DNA of 58,458 nt from an uncultured Methanospirillum sp. (GTDB lineage Archaea > Halobacteriota > Methanomicrobia > Methanomicrobiales > Methanospirillaceae): the NCBI GenBank assembly GCA_964637135.1, contig CAZWTX010000014.1, positions 1 through 58,458 of the forward strand, in the 5' to 3' direction. Each line of letters begins with the position of its first letter. The first letter of the stretch is position 1. A program made the translations under genes and the position numbers. Positions 47,724 through 58,038 of the stretch are shown here, piece by piece. A model generated the notes under the pieces. The model ran no database searches. It saw only the letters and a list, made by a program, of their open reading frames with translations, and had not been told where the DNA came from.

Positions 47724-48779
47724 ATGGATGAGGATCGTGATCAAAACGAATCACCCGGTTCCGGTCAGTTCTGTCCCCCGCCCCTCAGTGATGTCTGGAC
47801 CGGCGAGACGGATACCCTGATACAAGCGATCGAGTCAGGCCTGAACGGGGTCCCCCGGCATATCGCCATCATCTCCGGGTACCTCGCCGGGAGGGAATCC
47901 CTGATCAGCAAGGTTGCCTGCGTGTATCCCGGGCGTGTTGCCAGGATAGTCCTCGACTCCTTTTCTTCCGATTCTTCACGTTTGGATCTCCCGGAAGGTG
48001 CGGATATCATCCTTCTTGAAAACTGTCAGTATCTCTTCAGGAGAAAGATACATGGATTCTCACAGGCACGGGATCTGATCCGAGTTCTTACCTGGACGGA
48101 TAAACTCTGGATCACGTCATGGAACATCCATTCCTGGCGGTACCTGGATGCGGTTCTCGGGATCGGCAGGCTGTTTCCGGTACAGATATCCCTTGGACAG
48201 CTTGATGCCCCGCGGCTCAGGGAGTATATCCTTGCAGAGCATACGAGCCCCATATTCTACGTGATTGATGCCCCCCTTCCCAAACGGCTTCTTTTCATCC
48301 CGGAGACCGCCGGATTCACCCTGCCCGGATTCGGGCGGGATATCAGGATCCCGTACTACCGCTTAAACCGGACCCTTCTCGGTACCTACCTGCAGAGGAA
48401 GAAATACTATGCAGATCCTGATGAGATCATCTTTGACCGGCTGACCCTCGTTTCAGATGGCAATCCCGGAATAGCCCTGCGGATTTGGGAAGAATCCCTT
48501 GATGCATGGGAGATCCGGATGAGTAACATCACACCTTCCTCCCTCCCGAAGATACCTGATCCTGCCTCCTCATATCTTCTTTTCCTTGTTCTCGCCCTTG
48601 AAAACCCGTCGATCGGGGATCTCTCCTCGGTTATTCCTGATGATATCCCCCTGCAACCGATCCTCTATCAGCTTACCAGCTGGGGGTTCCTCGAACATGA
48701 TAACGGGCGGGTATCGATCCGTCCGATCGCCGTTGCCGGAGTAACGGCAGAGATGAAACGACTCAGGATGGTGTGGTAG
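47724..48779 (+). CDS. Hypothetical protein, degenerate P-loop/AAA-like, coupled to mscS
   Basis: WTGE..L, HIAIISGYLAGRESLI (eroded Walker A), DIILLEN (eroded Walker B), VSDGNPGIA and a wHTH-like C-terminus. Stop codon abuts the mscS ATG. Confidence 0.65.
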   Translation: MDEDRDQNESPGSGQFCPPPLSDVWTGETDTLIQAIESGLNGVPRHIAIISGYLAGRESLISKVACVYPGRVARIVLDSFSSDSSRLDLPEGADIILLENCQYLFRRKIHGFSQARDLIRVLTWTDKLWITSWNIHSWRYLDAVLGIGRLFPVQISLGQLDAPRLREYILAEHTSPIFYVIDAPLPKRLLFIPETAGFTLPGFGRDIRIPYYRLNRTLLGTYLQRKKYYADPDEIIFDRLTLVSDGNPGIALRIWEESLDAWEIRMSNITPSSLPKIPDPASSYLLFLVLALENPSIGDLSSVIPDDIPLQPILYQLTSWGFLEHDNGRVSIRPIAVAGVTAEMKRLRMVW

Positions 48780-49667
48780 ATGAATGCAACCCCGTCGCTC
48801 ATCAGCAACCTGACCAGTCTTACGGCAATAACGGAGGAAGTGGCTGGTTCACAAACCCTGATAGAGGTTCTGACCAACCCTGCCTGGATCCTCGGCAGCC
48901 TTGCTATCCTGGCAATGGCATACGTGATCGTCTGGGTGATGGATCTTTCCCTCCGTATCCTCTCAGAACGGAGGGGAACGAGCAGGCATATCCTCGCAAT
49001 GCTCATCCCGGTCCTGAAGATACTGATCTACATTATTGCGGTCTATCTTGTTTTCTCCCCGCTTCTCCATCTTGGCCTGAACGAACTGGCAGTCCTTTCC
49101 GGGCTCCTGGGTGCAGGTATCGGGTTTGGTCTGAAAGACCTCTTTGCAGATATCGTCGCCGGGTTTGTGATCATCATTGAGAAACCCTACCAGATCGGTG
49201 ACAAGATCGAACTTGATAATAATTACGGCGAGGTGGTGGATATCGGGCTTGTCCAGACGATTATCGTTACCCCGGATGACAGCCGGGTCGCAATCCCGAA
49301 CTACTCCGTATTCACCCGTTCTGTTTCCAGTGCAAATGCGGGTCTTGCCGAGATGATGGTGATCACTGATCTTTTCCTCTCGTACACGGGTGACATTGCC
49401 GAAGCAGTCCTTCTGCTTGAAGAAACAGTAATTACGTCCCGGTATGTCTTCGTCTCTGGTTCACGGCCGGTTACAATCCTCGTTGAGAATCACCCCCTCT
49501 ATCGGAGACTGATTGCGAAGGCATATGTTAACGATCTGAGAAACGAATTTATCTTTAAAACCGATATCACGATACGAGCCTGGCAGGCTTTTGAAGAAGC
49601 AGGATTCACTCCTCCTGTTCTCGCCGGATACGGATATCCCCTCCCCAAAGAGCTTATCAGTCGGTAG
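48780..49667 (+). CDS. mscS: Small-conductance mechanosensitive channel
   Basis: GAGIGFGLKDLFADIVAG, EKPYQIGDKI, GEVVDIGL, VAIPN. Confidence 0.9.
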   Translation: MNATPSLISNLTSLTAITEEVAGSQTLIEVLTNPAWILGSLAILAMAYVIVWVMDLSLRILSERRGTSRHILAMLIPVLKILIYIIAVYLVFSPLLHLGLNELAVLSGLLGAGIGFGLKDLFADIVAGFVIIIEKPYQIGDKIELDNNYGEVVDIGLVQTIIVTPDDSRVAIPNYSVFTRSVSSANAGLAEMMVITDLFLSYTGDIAEAVLLLEETVITSRYVFVSGSRPVTILVENHPLYRRLIAKAYVNDLRNEFIFKTDITIRAWQAFEEAGFTPPVLAGYGYPLPKELISR

Positions 49668-49741
49668 ACGGGGTTTATCTTGCCGGGATACCATACACGG
49701 AGCATAAGAAATGCTTTTACAATACGGCTCCTTTTTCTGGT

Positions 49742-52462
49742 ATGGTTCAGGACAGGAGACCCCGGTATAAAAACGGGTTGCCCTGGCATTCCCTCTCTAC
49801 CGGGGAAGTTATAGAGAAATTAACGACTGGGGAGCAGGGTTTATCCCCTACGGATGTTGATCTCCGGACAGCAGAGTTTGGAAAGAATGCTCTCCCGGAA
49901 GGGAAGAAGATCTCTATTTTTGCAATATTTGCTGCCCAGTTTAAAAGCCCTCTCATCTATGTGCTGATTGCAGCAGCACTCCTCTCCTGGTTTCTTGATC
50001 ATATCACAGATACTGCATTCATTACGGTTGTTGTGCTTGTCAATGCCGTCATCGGGACCATCCAGGAATGGAAGGCCGAACAGAGTGCCAAGGCACTCCA
50101 GCAGCTCTTCCGCATTACCTCCCTCGTGACAAGGGATGGAAAGGATGTCCGCGTCCCGGCAGAAGACCTCGTTCCCGGTGACCTGGTACATCTGGAATCA
50201 GGATCCCGGGTGCCAGCTGACATCAGGCTGACAGAGGTCGCTGACTGTTCGATAGACGAGTCTGTTCTGACCGGCGAGTCGGTCCCGGTCACCAAGAAGC
50301 TTCGTGACCTTCCGGAGGAGACGCCGGTCAGCGACCAGGTGAACATGGCCTTTGCCGGAACCACCGTGGTCAGGGGGATGTGTCGCGGGTTCGTGATCGG
50401 AACCGGTACCTGCACCGAGGTTGGAAAGATCGCGGCTGTCGTTGCCGGAACCGGGGTGACGAAACCCCCGCTCGTGGTCAGGATGGAGACCTTCTCCCGG
50501 CATATCGCGATCGCTGTCCTGGCTGCGTCAACCGTTCTCGGGGTGATCGCCGTCTGGCAGGGGATGGGAATCATCGATGTCTTCTTCTTTGCCGTTGCCC
50601 TCGCGGTATCGGCCATTCCCGAAGGGCTCCCGGTCGCACTGACGGTTGTTCTCTCCATCGCGGCATACCGGATGTCACAGCGAAACGTGATCGTCAGGAA
50701 GATGACCGCGGTCGAGAGCCTGGGATCCTGTACGCTTATTGCGAGCGACAAGACGGGAATCCTCACCGTGAACGAGCAGACTGCCGAGATCGTCCTGCTT
50801 CCCGGTGGTGAATGCCTTACTGCCACCGGGACCGGGTATTCCGGGGACGGGAACCTTCTCACCCGGGACGGTGAAATGGCTCCACACGGACTTTCCAGCC
50901 AGGTAAACCGTCTCTGCCGGATTGCCACCCTTTGCAGTGAAGCACGTCTTGATCCTGGTGACGATGGATGGACATCCTCCGGGGATCCCATCGATGTCGC
51001 ATTCCTGGCCCTGTCACGGAAAGCCGGTATCGACACCACCGCCCTGTCACGAGATACCCCCCGGCCCGTTTTCATTCCATTTGAGGCCGAACGGCGGTAC
51101 TCGGCAGCCGGCTTTTCGATTGAAACGGGTTCCCGGTTTGGTGTGAAAGGTGCGGCAGAGGTCGTGATCCCGGCCTGTACGATGATCCGGACCGGTGCCG
51201 GCGACCATCCTGCCGATCCCGATGAACTGCTTGGCACTGCCGACCGTCTTGCCGGAAAGGGATACCGGGTCCTTGCGGTGGCTGAGGCAGTTGAGGAGAT
51301 CATTCCCGAAGATCCAGTAACTGACGGACTTCCCCCGCTTGTCCTGCTCGGATTTGTCGGATTCATCGATCCGGTCCAGCCGGATGCCCGGGATGCCGTC
51401 GCAGCCTGCCAGCGGGCAGGGGTAACCGTGGTGATGGTGACCGGGGATCACCCGGCGACGGCACTTGCCATCTCCCGGACACTCGGGATCGCCGATGATC
51501 CCTCGCAAGTTCTCTCCGGGCGGGAAATCGATGCTATCGGCTCGTTTGAGGTGCCTGAGTTCTTTGAAGAGGTAAAGCGTGCAAGGGTCTTTGCCCGGGT
51601 CACCCCGGTGCAGAAACATGCTATCGTGGATGCTCTCATCCGCATGGGACATTTCGTAGCGGTTACCGGGGACGGGGTCAACGATGCCCCGGCCCTCCGG
51701 CGTGCCCATATCGGGGTGGCGATGGGTTCGGGGACCGATATTGCCAAGGACAATGCAGCGATGATCATCACTGATGACCGGTTTTCTTCGATTGTTGCAG
51801 GGATCGAGGAGGGCCGGTTTGCATATGATAATATCCGTAAAGTTACCTACCTCCTCGTCTCGACCGGAGCGGCGGAGGTGATCCTCTTCACCTGTTCACT
51901 GCTCGCCGGCCTTCCGCTCCCTCTTCTTGCCGTCCAGATTCTCTGGCTGAACCTTGTTACCAACGGGATCCAGCATGTTGGTCTCGCGTTTGAACCTGGT
52001 GAGCCCGGGGCGATGACGCGGCCCCCGCGGTCCCCAAAGGAGGGGATCTTTAACCCGCTCATGATAAGCCAGACTCTCGTATCGGCGACCGTCATGGGAC
52101 TGATCGGATTTTCAGCCTGGTTATATCTGATATCAGCCGGCTACGATGAGACCTCGGCACGTAACCTCGCACTTCTCCTCTTTGTCCTTCTTGAGAATGT
52201 GCATGTCTTCAACTGCCGATCTGAGTATGTCTCCGCGTTCAGGATGCCCCTGAAGAGAAACCTCTTCCTCGTCGGTTCGGTCATCGCGGCACAGGGTATT
52301 CACCAGATCTCGATGCAGATCCCGATTATGCAGGATCTTCTCGGTCTCAGCCCGGTCGGTATTGCGGACAGCATCATGCTTCTGGCACTGGCCCTGCTCC
52401 TCATCGGTGTGATGGAACTCTTCAAGGTCCTTTGGAAGCGCCGTGAGTTATCAGCGGCCTGA
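49742..52462 (+). CDS. P-type cation-transporting ATPase (P2A, Ca2+-type-like)
   Basis: TGES, AIPEGL, SDKTGILT (variant of DKTGTLT), KGA, TGDH, GDGVNDAP, QILWLNLVTN. Confidence 0.92.
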   Translation: MVQDRRPRYKNGLPWHSLSTGEVIEKLTTGEQGLSPTDVDLRTAEFGKNALPEGKKISIFAIFAAQFKSPLIYVLIAAALLSWFLDHITDTAFITVVVLVNAVIGTIQEWKAEQSAKALQQLFRITSLVTRDGKDVRVPAEDLVPGDLVHLESGSRVPADIRLTEVADCSIDESVLTGESVPVTKKLRDLPEETPVSDQVNMAFAGTTVVRGMCRGFVIGTGTCTEVGKIAAVVAGTGVTKPPLVVRMETFSRHIAIAVLAASTVLGVIAVWQGMGIIDVFFFAVALAVSAIPEGLPVALTVVLSIAAYRMSQRNVIVRKMTAVESLGSCTLIASDKTGILTVNEQTAEIVLLPGGECLTATGTGYSGDGNLLTRDGEMAPHGLSSQVNRLCRIATLCSEARLDPGDDGWTSSGDPIDVAFLALSRKAGIDTTALSRDTPRPVFIPFEAERRYSAAGFSIETGSRFGVKGAAEVVIPACTMIRTGAGDHPADPDELLGTADRLAGKGYRVLAVAEAVEEIIPEDPVTDGLPPLVLLGFVGFIDPVQPDARDAVAACQRAGVTVVMVTGDHPATALAISRTLGIADDPSQVLSGREIDAIGSFEVPEFFEEVKRARVFARVTPVQKHAIVDALIRMGHFVAVTGDGVNDAPALRRAHIGVAMGSGTDIAKDNAAMIITDDRFSSIVAGIEEGRFAYDNIRKVTYLLVSTGAAEVILFTCSLLAGLPLPLLAVQILWLNLVTNGIQHVGLAFEPGEPGAMTRPPRSPKEGIFNPLMISQTLVSATVMGLIGFSAWLYLISAGYDETSARNLALLLFVLLENVHVFNCRSEYVSAFRMPLKRNLFLVGSVIAAQGIHQISMQIPIMQDLLGLSPVGIADSIMLLALALLLIGVMELFKVLWKRRELSAA

Positions 52463-52524
52463 TTCTCCCGTTCCGTTTTTTATTAAGCAGAAACAATATA
52501 AGATCTCTTTCCAAAACCTGACTG

Positions 52525-54336
52525 ATGATACCGGCCCAGTGTTCTTCCCGCGTGATAAAATCCCTCGGGCTCGTATTCGGTGACATCGGGACCAGCCCGA
52601 TCTACACTCTCGGGGTTATCCTTCTTTTCATTCTCCCAACCGAGGCAAATGTGCTCGGTCTCCTTTCACTGATATTCTGGAGCCTTGTTCTTGTAATATC
52701 AGGCCAGTATGTTTGGCTGGCGATGAGCCTCGGAAGCAAGGGAGAGGGAGGAACAATCGTGCTGAAGGAGATCCTCACCTCATTGCTCAGGCAGGGACCA
52801 ATGGTGCCGATTGTCTCCTTCCTTGCGATTATCGGGGTATGCCTCTTCATGGGTGACGGGGTGATCACCCCGGCGATCAGCATCCTCTCTGCGGTAGAGG
52901 GAATCCGCCTGGTTCCCGGACTTGAAGGGATCGGGCGGGAGTTCCTCCTCTGTATTGCCTCCCTGATTGCCATTGGTCTCTTTTCTATCCAGAAAAAGGG
53001 AACCGAACGGGTTGCATGGGCATTCGGACCGGTAATGCTGGCATGGTTTACATCGCTTGCCCTGATTGGGATTGCAGGCATCTCGACTGCTCCCCAGGTT
53101 CTTCTCTCGCTTAATCCCTGGTATGCCCTCCAGTTTTTCCTTGATAATGGCATTACCGGATTTCTTGTCCTCTCTTCCATCATTCTCTGTGTGACCGGTG
53201 GTGAAGCCCTGTTTGCCGACATGGGCCACATGGGTCGTGAACCAATCGTAAAGGGATGGTACTTTGTTTTTCCTGCCCTCATGCTCAATTATCTCGGGCA
53301 GGGGGCTTTCGTCCTCTACCACGGCCCGATGGGAACCGTTCTCTTTACCATGGTTGCCTCGATGGCTGGATTCCTGTACATTCCGTTCCTCCTCCTGAGC
53401 ATCGCTGCGACGATTATTGCATCACAGGCGATGATCAGCGGGATGTTCTCGATAGCGTACCAGGCAATGACGACACGACTGCTCCCAAAACTGAAGATTC
53501 ATTTCACCTCAAGCGATCTTCGTTCGCAAATCTACATCGACTCGGTGAACTGGGTGCTTCTCCTTGCCGTTCTCGTAGTCATGGTATCGTTTGGATCCTC
53601 CGAGCACCTTGCCTCTGCGTATGGGCTGGCAGTTGCCGGTGACATGATCATATCAGCAACGCTGCTCATGTTGATCTTCATCCTCAGGAAGGATTCACTT
53701 AAGATGATCCTTTCCGCCGGCCTGATTGTAGTGGATCTCTCCTTCTTCCTCGCCTCCTTAACGAAGATCCCCCACGGCGGCTACTGGTCACTCCTCCTTG
53801 CGGTCATTCCATTTCTTATCATCATCATCTTCATTACCGGGCAGGATCGTCTTCGCCAGCTCCTCCGCCCGATCCCGTTCAGGGAATTCCTGCCGAAATA
53901 CCTGGATCTCTATGAGAACCAGTGCCGGCTCTCTGGCAGTGCCCTGTATTTTACCTCCGGCCTGAAGAGTATATCACCGTACATCGGGCAGATCTTCTTT
54001 CAGAACGGGATTATTTACGAGATGAATGTTTTTGTCTCGGTCAGGATGGGTAAATATCCGTTCGGAGTGACCACCAGGTACCATGCCGACTGTGCCCCCG
54101 GCCTCTCGGTTCTCATCATCGAGACCGGGTACATGGAGATCCTTGACATCGAGTCCCTGATCAGGAAGCATGGAATCGTGGAGCGGACGATCTTCTACGG
54201 GATGGAGAATATCATCAGTGAACGGATGATATGGAACATTTTCGGGCTTATGAAAAAAGCGGCGCCTCCGTTTGTCCAGTTCTATTCCCTTCCGCCTGAG
54301 AAGATCCACGGGGTGATCACCCGTATTCTGATGTAA
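52525..54336 (+). CDS. kup: KUP/HAK/KT potassium transporter
   Basis: LGLVFGDIGTSPIY, GEGG, GDGVITPAIS, TGGEALFADMGH, IASQAMISG, AYGLAV. Confidence 0.94.
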   Translation: MIPAQCSSRVIKSLGLVFGDIGTSPIYTLGVILLFILPTEANVLGLLSLIFWSLVLVISGQYVWLAMSLGSKGEGGTIVLKEILTSLLRQGPMVPIVSFLAIIGVCLFMGDGVITPAISILSAVEGIRLVPGLEGIGREFLLCIASLIAIGLFSIQKKGTERVAWAFGPVMLAWFTSLALIGIAGISTAPQVLLSLNPWYALQFFLDNGITGFLVLSSIILCVTGGEALFADMGHMGREPIVKGWYFVFPALMLNYLGQGAFVLYHGPMGTVLFTMVASMAGFLYIPFLLLSIAATIIASQAMISGMFSIAYQAMTTRLLPKLKIHFTSSDLRSQIYIDSVNWVLLLAVLVVMVSFGSSEHLASAYGLAVAGDMIISATLLMLIFILRKDSLKMILSAGLIVVDLSFFLASLTKIPHGGYWSLLLAVIPFLIIIIFITGQDRLRQLLRPIPFREFLPKYLDLYENQCRLSGSALYFTSGLKSISPYIGQIFFQNGIIYEMNVFVSVRMGKYPFGVTTRYHADCAPGLSVLIIETGYMEILDIESLIRKHGIVERTIFYGMENIISERMIWNIFGLMKKAAPPFVQFYSLPPEKIHGVITRILM

Positions 54337-54386
54337 AGGGGTATCCAGCCCCTGATAGGCAGAGACACCTTTATACCTCATAAAGA

Positions 54387-54400
54387 GTAAAGAAGGTTAC
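54387..54400 (+). promoter_or_regulatory. GTAA-N6-TTAC inverted repeat abutting ATG 54401, candidate operator of the downstream XRE regulator
   Basis: GTAAAGAAGGTTAC lies between TTTATA (54370-54375) and the start codon. Confidence 0.5.
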
Positions 54401-54976
54401 ATGGCAATCAGGCTTACACGAAAGACATACCTGCTGTTCCTCCCGGTCATCTGTATTGCACTCATTCCTGCCCTGGGGATTGGATTAACGAGTGGAAATC
54501 CGGTATTCATGGGAATCATCATTCTACTTACGGTTCTTTTAGTCTGGCTGTTTCACCATCAGGTTGGAGAAGTGATGCAGGACGATCTCTCTGACTGTAT
54601 CAATGGCAAAGCTGCCGTGCGTACCCTTGAGATCATGATCATCATCGCGGCGATCCTGTTTGCCGGATCAATGACATATTATTTCAATTCTGGATGGGGA
54701 TCCGGGATGAGTTCTGGGGATGATGGTTCAGTGTCGTTTTCATATGCCAGTTATTTCCCTCATGGAACGTTAATTTATAGAGATCAGGTAGAGATCTCCA
54801 ATATCGGGAACATGACCGGTGAAGATCTCTATGCCCTTGAACGGCTCTTTGGGGATGGATACCGGTTCCGCGATGCTCCGTTTGTCTTCGGACTCGCCTT
54901 CGGGTGTGTCGTCGTCCTTCTTGCGGGTTTTTATCTGGCCTTTTCATATTATTACGACAAACGATTCGAAGCATAG
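54401..54976 (+). CDS. DUF2178-like membrane protein (4 TM)
   Basis: EVMQDDLS..INGKAAVRTL (xDE..I..KA..T pattern) and FYLAFSYYY end. Paired with an XRE gene. Confidence 0.72.
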   Translation: MAIRLTRKTYLLFLPVICIALIPALGIGLTSGNPVFMGIIILLTVLLVWLFHHQVGEVMQDDLSDCINGKAAVRTLEIMIIIAAILFAGSMTYYFNSGWGSGMSSGDDGSVSFSYASYFPHGTLIYRDQVEISNIGNMTGEDLYALERLFGDGYRFRDAPFVFGLAFGCVVVLLAGFYLAFSYYYDKRFEA

Positions 54977-54979
54977 GGC

Positions 54980-55231
54980 ATGAAGAACAAGATCCGGATA
55001 TACCGGGCCATCCACTCGATGACCCAGGATGAACTAGCGAAGAAGATAGGGGTCACTCGTAAGACGGTGAACTCCATTGAAGGGGGCAAGTATAATCCCT
55101 CCATTGATGTGGCGTACCGGATGGCCCGCCTCTTCGATCTCAGGATCGAGGAACTCTTCTGCTTTGAAGATGGGGAGGATGGGGATACAGATGGAAAAGA
55201 GGGACATTCCAGAGATGCAAAAAAAGACTGA
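54980..55231 (+). CDS. XRE-family HTH transcriptional regulator (COG1476-like)
   Basis: MKNKIRIYRA..MTQDELA..GVTRKTVNSIE.GKYNPS..IEELF. Confidence 0.92.
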   Translation: MKNKIRIYRAIHSMTQDELAKKIGVTRKTVNSIEGGKYNPSIDVAYRMARLFDLRIEELFCFEDGEDGDTDGKEGHSRDAKKD

Positions 55232-55251
55232 TAATACAGCCGATCCTCCTC

Positions 55252-58026
55252 CTACTCGATGATGATCGCTGGTTTAAATGGCAGAGCAGCCCCTGCTTTC
55301 GGGTGATCGCAGGTATCAGCAGTAACGACTTCGACAACAAGTCCGAATTCTTTTGCAAGAAACTCCTTAGCCCCGGTGAAGACCACGAGTTCATCAGGAA
55401 CCGCGGCGAGAATCTTATCGACCAGTTCCGGCGGAAGCCGGTGGATATGGGTTGTACATTGCTTTACCGCATCGGCGGCTTCCTTTCCGCGGGATCTGAC
55501 ACTCTCGTTCTGCATGATCTCACGGATGACATTCTTCTTATCCTCTGCCCCGGCTGCCATCCTGAAGATCTCCCATTTCCAGGCAGGAGATATCGAGATG
55601 GTCACCTTTTTCGGGGTCATCTGGAGGATCCTGAGGATTGAATCAATGTCTTCAACCGTCCGCTGAAGCAGTTCTTCGGCGATCTCTACCGGGGTGTTTA
55701 CCTTTGCCTGGTCACCGGCTGGCCAGGGGGCGAAGGAGGCAAGACCGTCTCCTCCCATCTCTGCCCAGAGTTCTTCGGCGGTGAACGGAATGATGGGGGC
55801 GAGCAGGCGGGTCCAGACCGAACAGAGTGACCGGATCGTCTCCTTCCCGCCGGAGAATTCGCCCCCAAGCCGGCGCCGGTACCATTTCAGGTCTGATTCG
55901 AATCCGAAGAACCCTTCCTGCAGGGCCTGACGGGTCTGGAAGTTCTCCATGGCCCGGGTGACTTCTGCGATCCGGGCCTGCATCCGTGAGACGAGCCAGG
56001 TATCGATCGGCACCGGACTGCCGGTACCGGCTAGGCCCTCTCGAATGGTCGATGCAAACCGTTCGATCTGTTTCCTTGTCGATGCGACAAGTTCGTTACG
56101 CCAGTCAAAGTCCTGCCAGGGTTCCCCTGACCCGATTAAGAACATCCTGACCGTGTCTGCTCCGAAGTCGTTGATCGCGTCCTCTAGCAGGTAGACGTTT
56201 CCTTTCGAGGATGACATCTTCGCCCCGTTCAGGAGACCCATCCCGAAGACCACCATACCGTGGGGGAGTTTCTCCTTCGGGAAGATCGAGCAGTGGTGGA
56301 AGATCTGGAATGTAAGGTGGTTTGAAATGAGATCTTTTGCCGAGAACCGGAAATTATACGGGTACCAGTATAGGAACTCGCTGCGCATCCCGTCGAGTTG
56401 ATCCCGTTCGGGCAGGCCGGGAGACTCTTTCCCGAGGAAGATGTAGTCGAAGACTTCCGGTATGAGAATTTCCGGATTCATCTTCCTGATGCGTGATGCG
56501 ATGGTATAGTAGGCCATGTAGACCGTGGAGTCTGAGAGCGGTTCGATCAGCCACTCCGGATCCCAGGGGAGTTTTGTTCCAAGTCCGATACGGCGGGTAC
56601 AGGCCCAGTCCTTCAGCCAGTCCACGGTCCGTTCAAACTCGGCCCTGACCTCGGCAGGTACGAGGTCCATGTCCCGTAAATGATCTAAAACCTGTGCCTT
56701 CCATGCAGGATCGCTGTACTCGAGGAACCACTGATCATGGAGTACCTTGACAAACACCCGGGATCCGCACCGACAGACAACCGGCCGGGTATCAAACTCG
56801 TACATGATCAGCGAGCCGTACTGTTCGGTCAGGATCCTGGCCACCTCATCGCGGGCAAACTTCACCGGCTTGCCGCCATACTGGTCGTACATCTTTCCGG
56901 TGGCATGCTCAGCGGAATAGACCTCCTGGGTCAGGGCTTCAAGGTTCGGGTCATCCTGATTGACAATATCTGCCTTCTCAACCGCTTCGACTGCGGGAAA
57001 CTCCCCGTACCCATCGACTTTGATCAGGCCGACCGGCTTGATAGAGGTGTATGCCCCTTTCCGTTGGAGATCGCGGAGTGCAATGTAATCATAGGGAGCA
57101 TGAGCAGGCACGCTCATGACCATCCCGGTCGCCATGTCAGGATCCACGAAATCAGCCGGGAGGATTGGAACTTCCCCGCAGAGCTTATGGGTTACCGTCT
57201 TGTCGATCAGGTCCTTTCCGGAGATCTCGGCGATCTCAGTGACGTCATGATCCTGGAGACCCATCTTCTCCATCGCGTTCCGGGAGAGGATCCATTCCTG
57301 TCCGTCTATCTTTGCCTTTACGTAGGTGATGTTCGGGTTTGCCCAGAGGTTCGTAACCCCGTAGACGGTCTCCGGCCGGAGGGTGGCACAGGGGATGATC
57401 GTATCGCCGAGGTGGAAGAGCACCAGGGTGAACTTCTGGATTTCGGCTTTGTCACCCTCAAGGAGATCATGGTCACCGACCGGGTTCTCACACTGGGGGC
57501 AGTATCTCACCGGATGGGCACCCTTGACGACATGTCCTTCCTGTCTGAGATGTGCCCACTGCCACTCGATGAACTTCGAATATGTCGGTTCGACGGTGGT
57601 GAACCGGCGGGTCCAGTCGATTGAGAGACCGGCCTGTTTCATTACCCGCTCGTACTCGTTCGAGAAGTGATTGACGATGTTGAGCGGTTCGGTGAACGAA
57701 TTGAGGACATCCTCGGGAACCCGGTAGAGATCCCGGTACAGCCTGATTGCCGTTTCGTCCCGCCGTGCAATCCGTTTCGAGATCCCGACCACCGGTGCCC
57801 CGGTGACGTGGAAGGCCATCGGGTAGAGAACCTCCCGTCCGCGCATCCGCCAGAACCGTGCTATGACATCAGGTACGATGTAGGTCCTTCCGTGCCCGAC
57901 ATGCATAGCCCCGCTCGGATACGGGTAGGCAACCGTGAGATAGAACTTCTCTTTTTCTGAAGGAGCCGCGGTAAAGGTTCCATCCCATTTTTTCCGAATT
58001 GCAGCTTCAGCTTCATGCATCTCCAT
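55252..58026 (-). CDS. leuS: Leucine--tRNA ligase, archaeal
   Basis: YPYPSGAMHVGH (HIGH), ATLRPET, SVPAHAPYD, IEPLSDSTVY, KDLISNHL, KMSSSKGN. Confidence 0.97.
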   Translation of the reverse strand: MEMHEAEAAIRKKWDGTFTAAPSEKEKFYLTVAYPYPSGAMHVGHGRTYIVPDVIARFWRMRGREVLYPMAFHVTGAPVVGISKRIARRDETAIRLYRDLYRVPEDVLNSFTEPLNIVNHFSNEYERVMKQAGLSIDWTRRFTTVEPTYSKFIEWQWAHLRQEGHVVKGAHPVRYCPQCENPVGDHDLLEGDKAEIQKFTLVLFHLGDTIIPCATLRPETVYGVTNLWANPNITYVKAKIDGQEWILSRNAMEKMGLQDHDVTEIAEISGKDLIDKTVTHKLCGEVPILPADFVDPDMATGMVMSVPAHAPYDYIALRDLQRKGAYTSIKPVGLIKVDGYGEFPAVEAVEKADIVNQDDPNLEALTQEVYSAEHATGKMYDQYGGKPVKFARDEVARILTEQYGSLIMYEFDTRPVVCRCGSRVFVKVLHDQWFLEYSDPAWKAQVLDHLRDMDLVPAEVRAEFERTVDWLKDWACTRRIGLGTKLPWDPEWLIEPLSDSTVYMAYYTIASRIRKMNPEILIPEVFDYIFLGKESPGLPERDQLDGMRSEFLYWYPYNFRFSAKDLISNHLTFQIFHHCSIFPKEKLPHGMVVFGMGLLNGAKMSSSKGNVYLLEDAINDFGADTVRMFLIGSGEPWQDFDWRNELVASTRKQIERFASTIREGLAGTGSPVPIDTWLVSRMQARIAEVTRAMENFQTRQALQEGFFGFESDLKWYRRRLGGEFSGGKETIRSLCSVWTRLLAPIIPFTAEELWAEMGGDGLASFAPWPAGDQAKVNTPVEIAEELLQRTVEDIDSILRILQMTPKKVTISISPAWKWEIFRMAAGAEDKKNVIREIMQNESVRSRGKEAADAVKQCTTHIHRLPPELVDKILAAVPDELVVFTGAKEFLAKEFGLVVEVVTADTCDHPKAGAALPFKPAIIIE

Positions 58027-58038
58027 CGAATCCCCTCC

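Noticed and set aside
49999..51366. Long antisense ORFs (this 455-aa one, plus 34918-36036, 35903-36796, 56737-57624 and others)
   Set aside because: They are shadow ORFs opposite well-supported genes in moderately GC-rich DNA and have no recognisable motifs.
56200..56225. LeuRS KMSSS instead of KMSKS
   Set aside because: A tolerated variant in archaeal LeuRS; the rest of the protein is intact.
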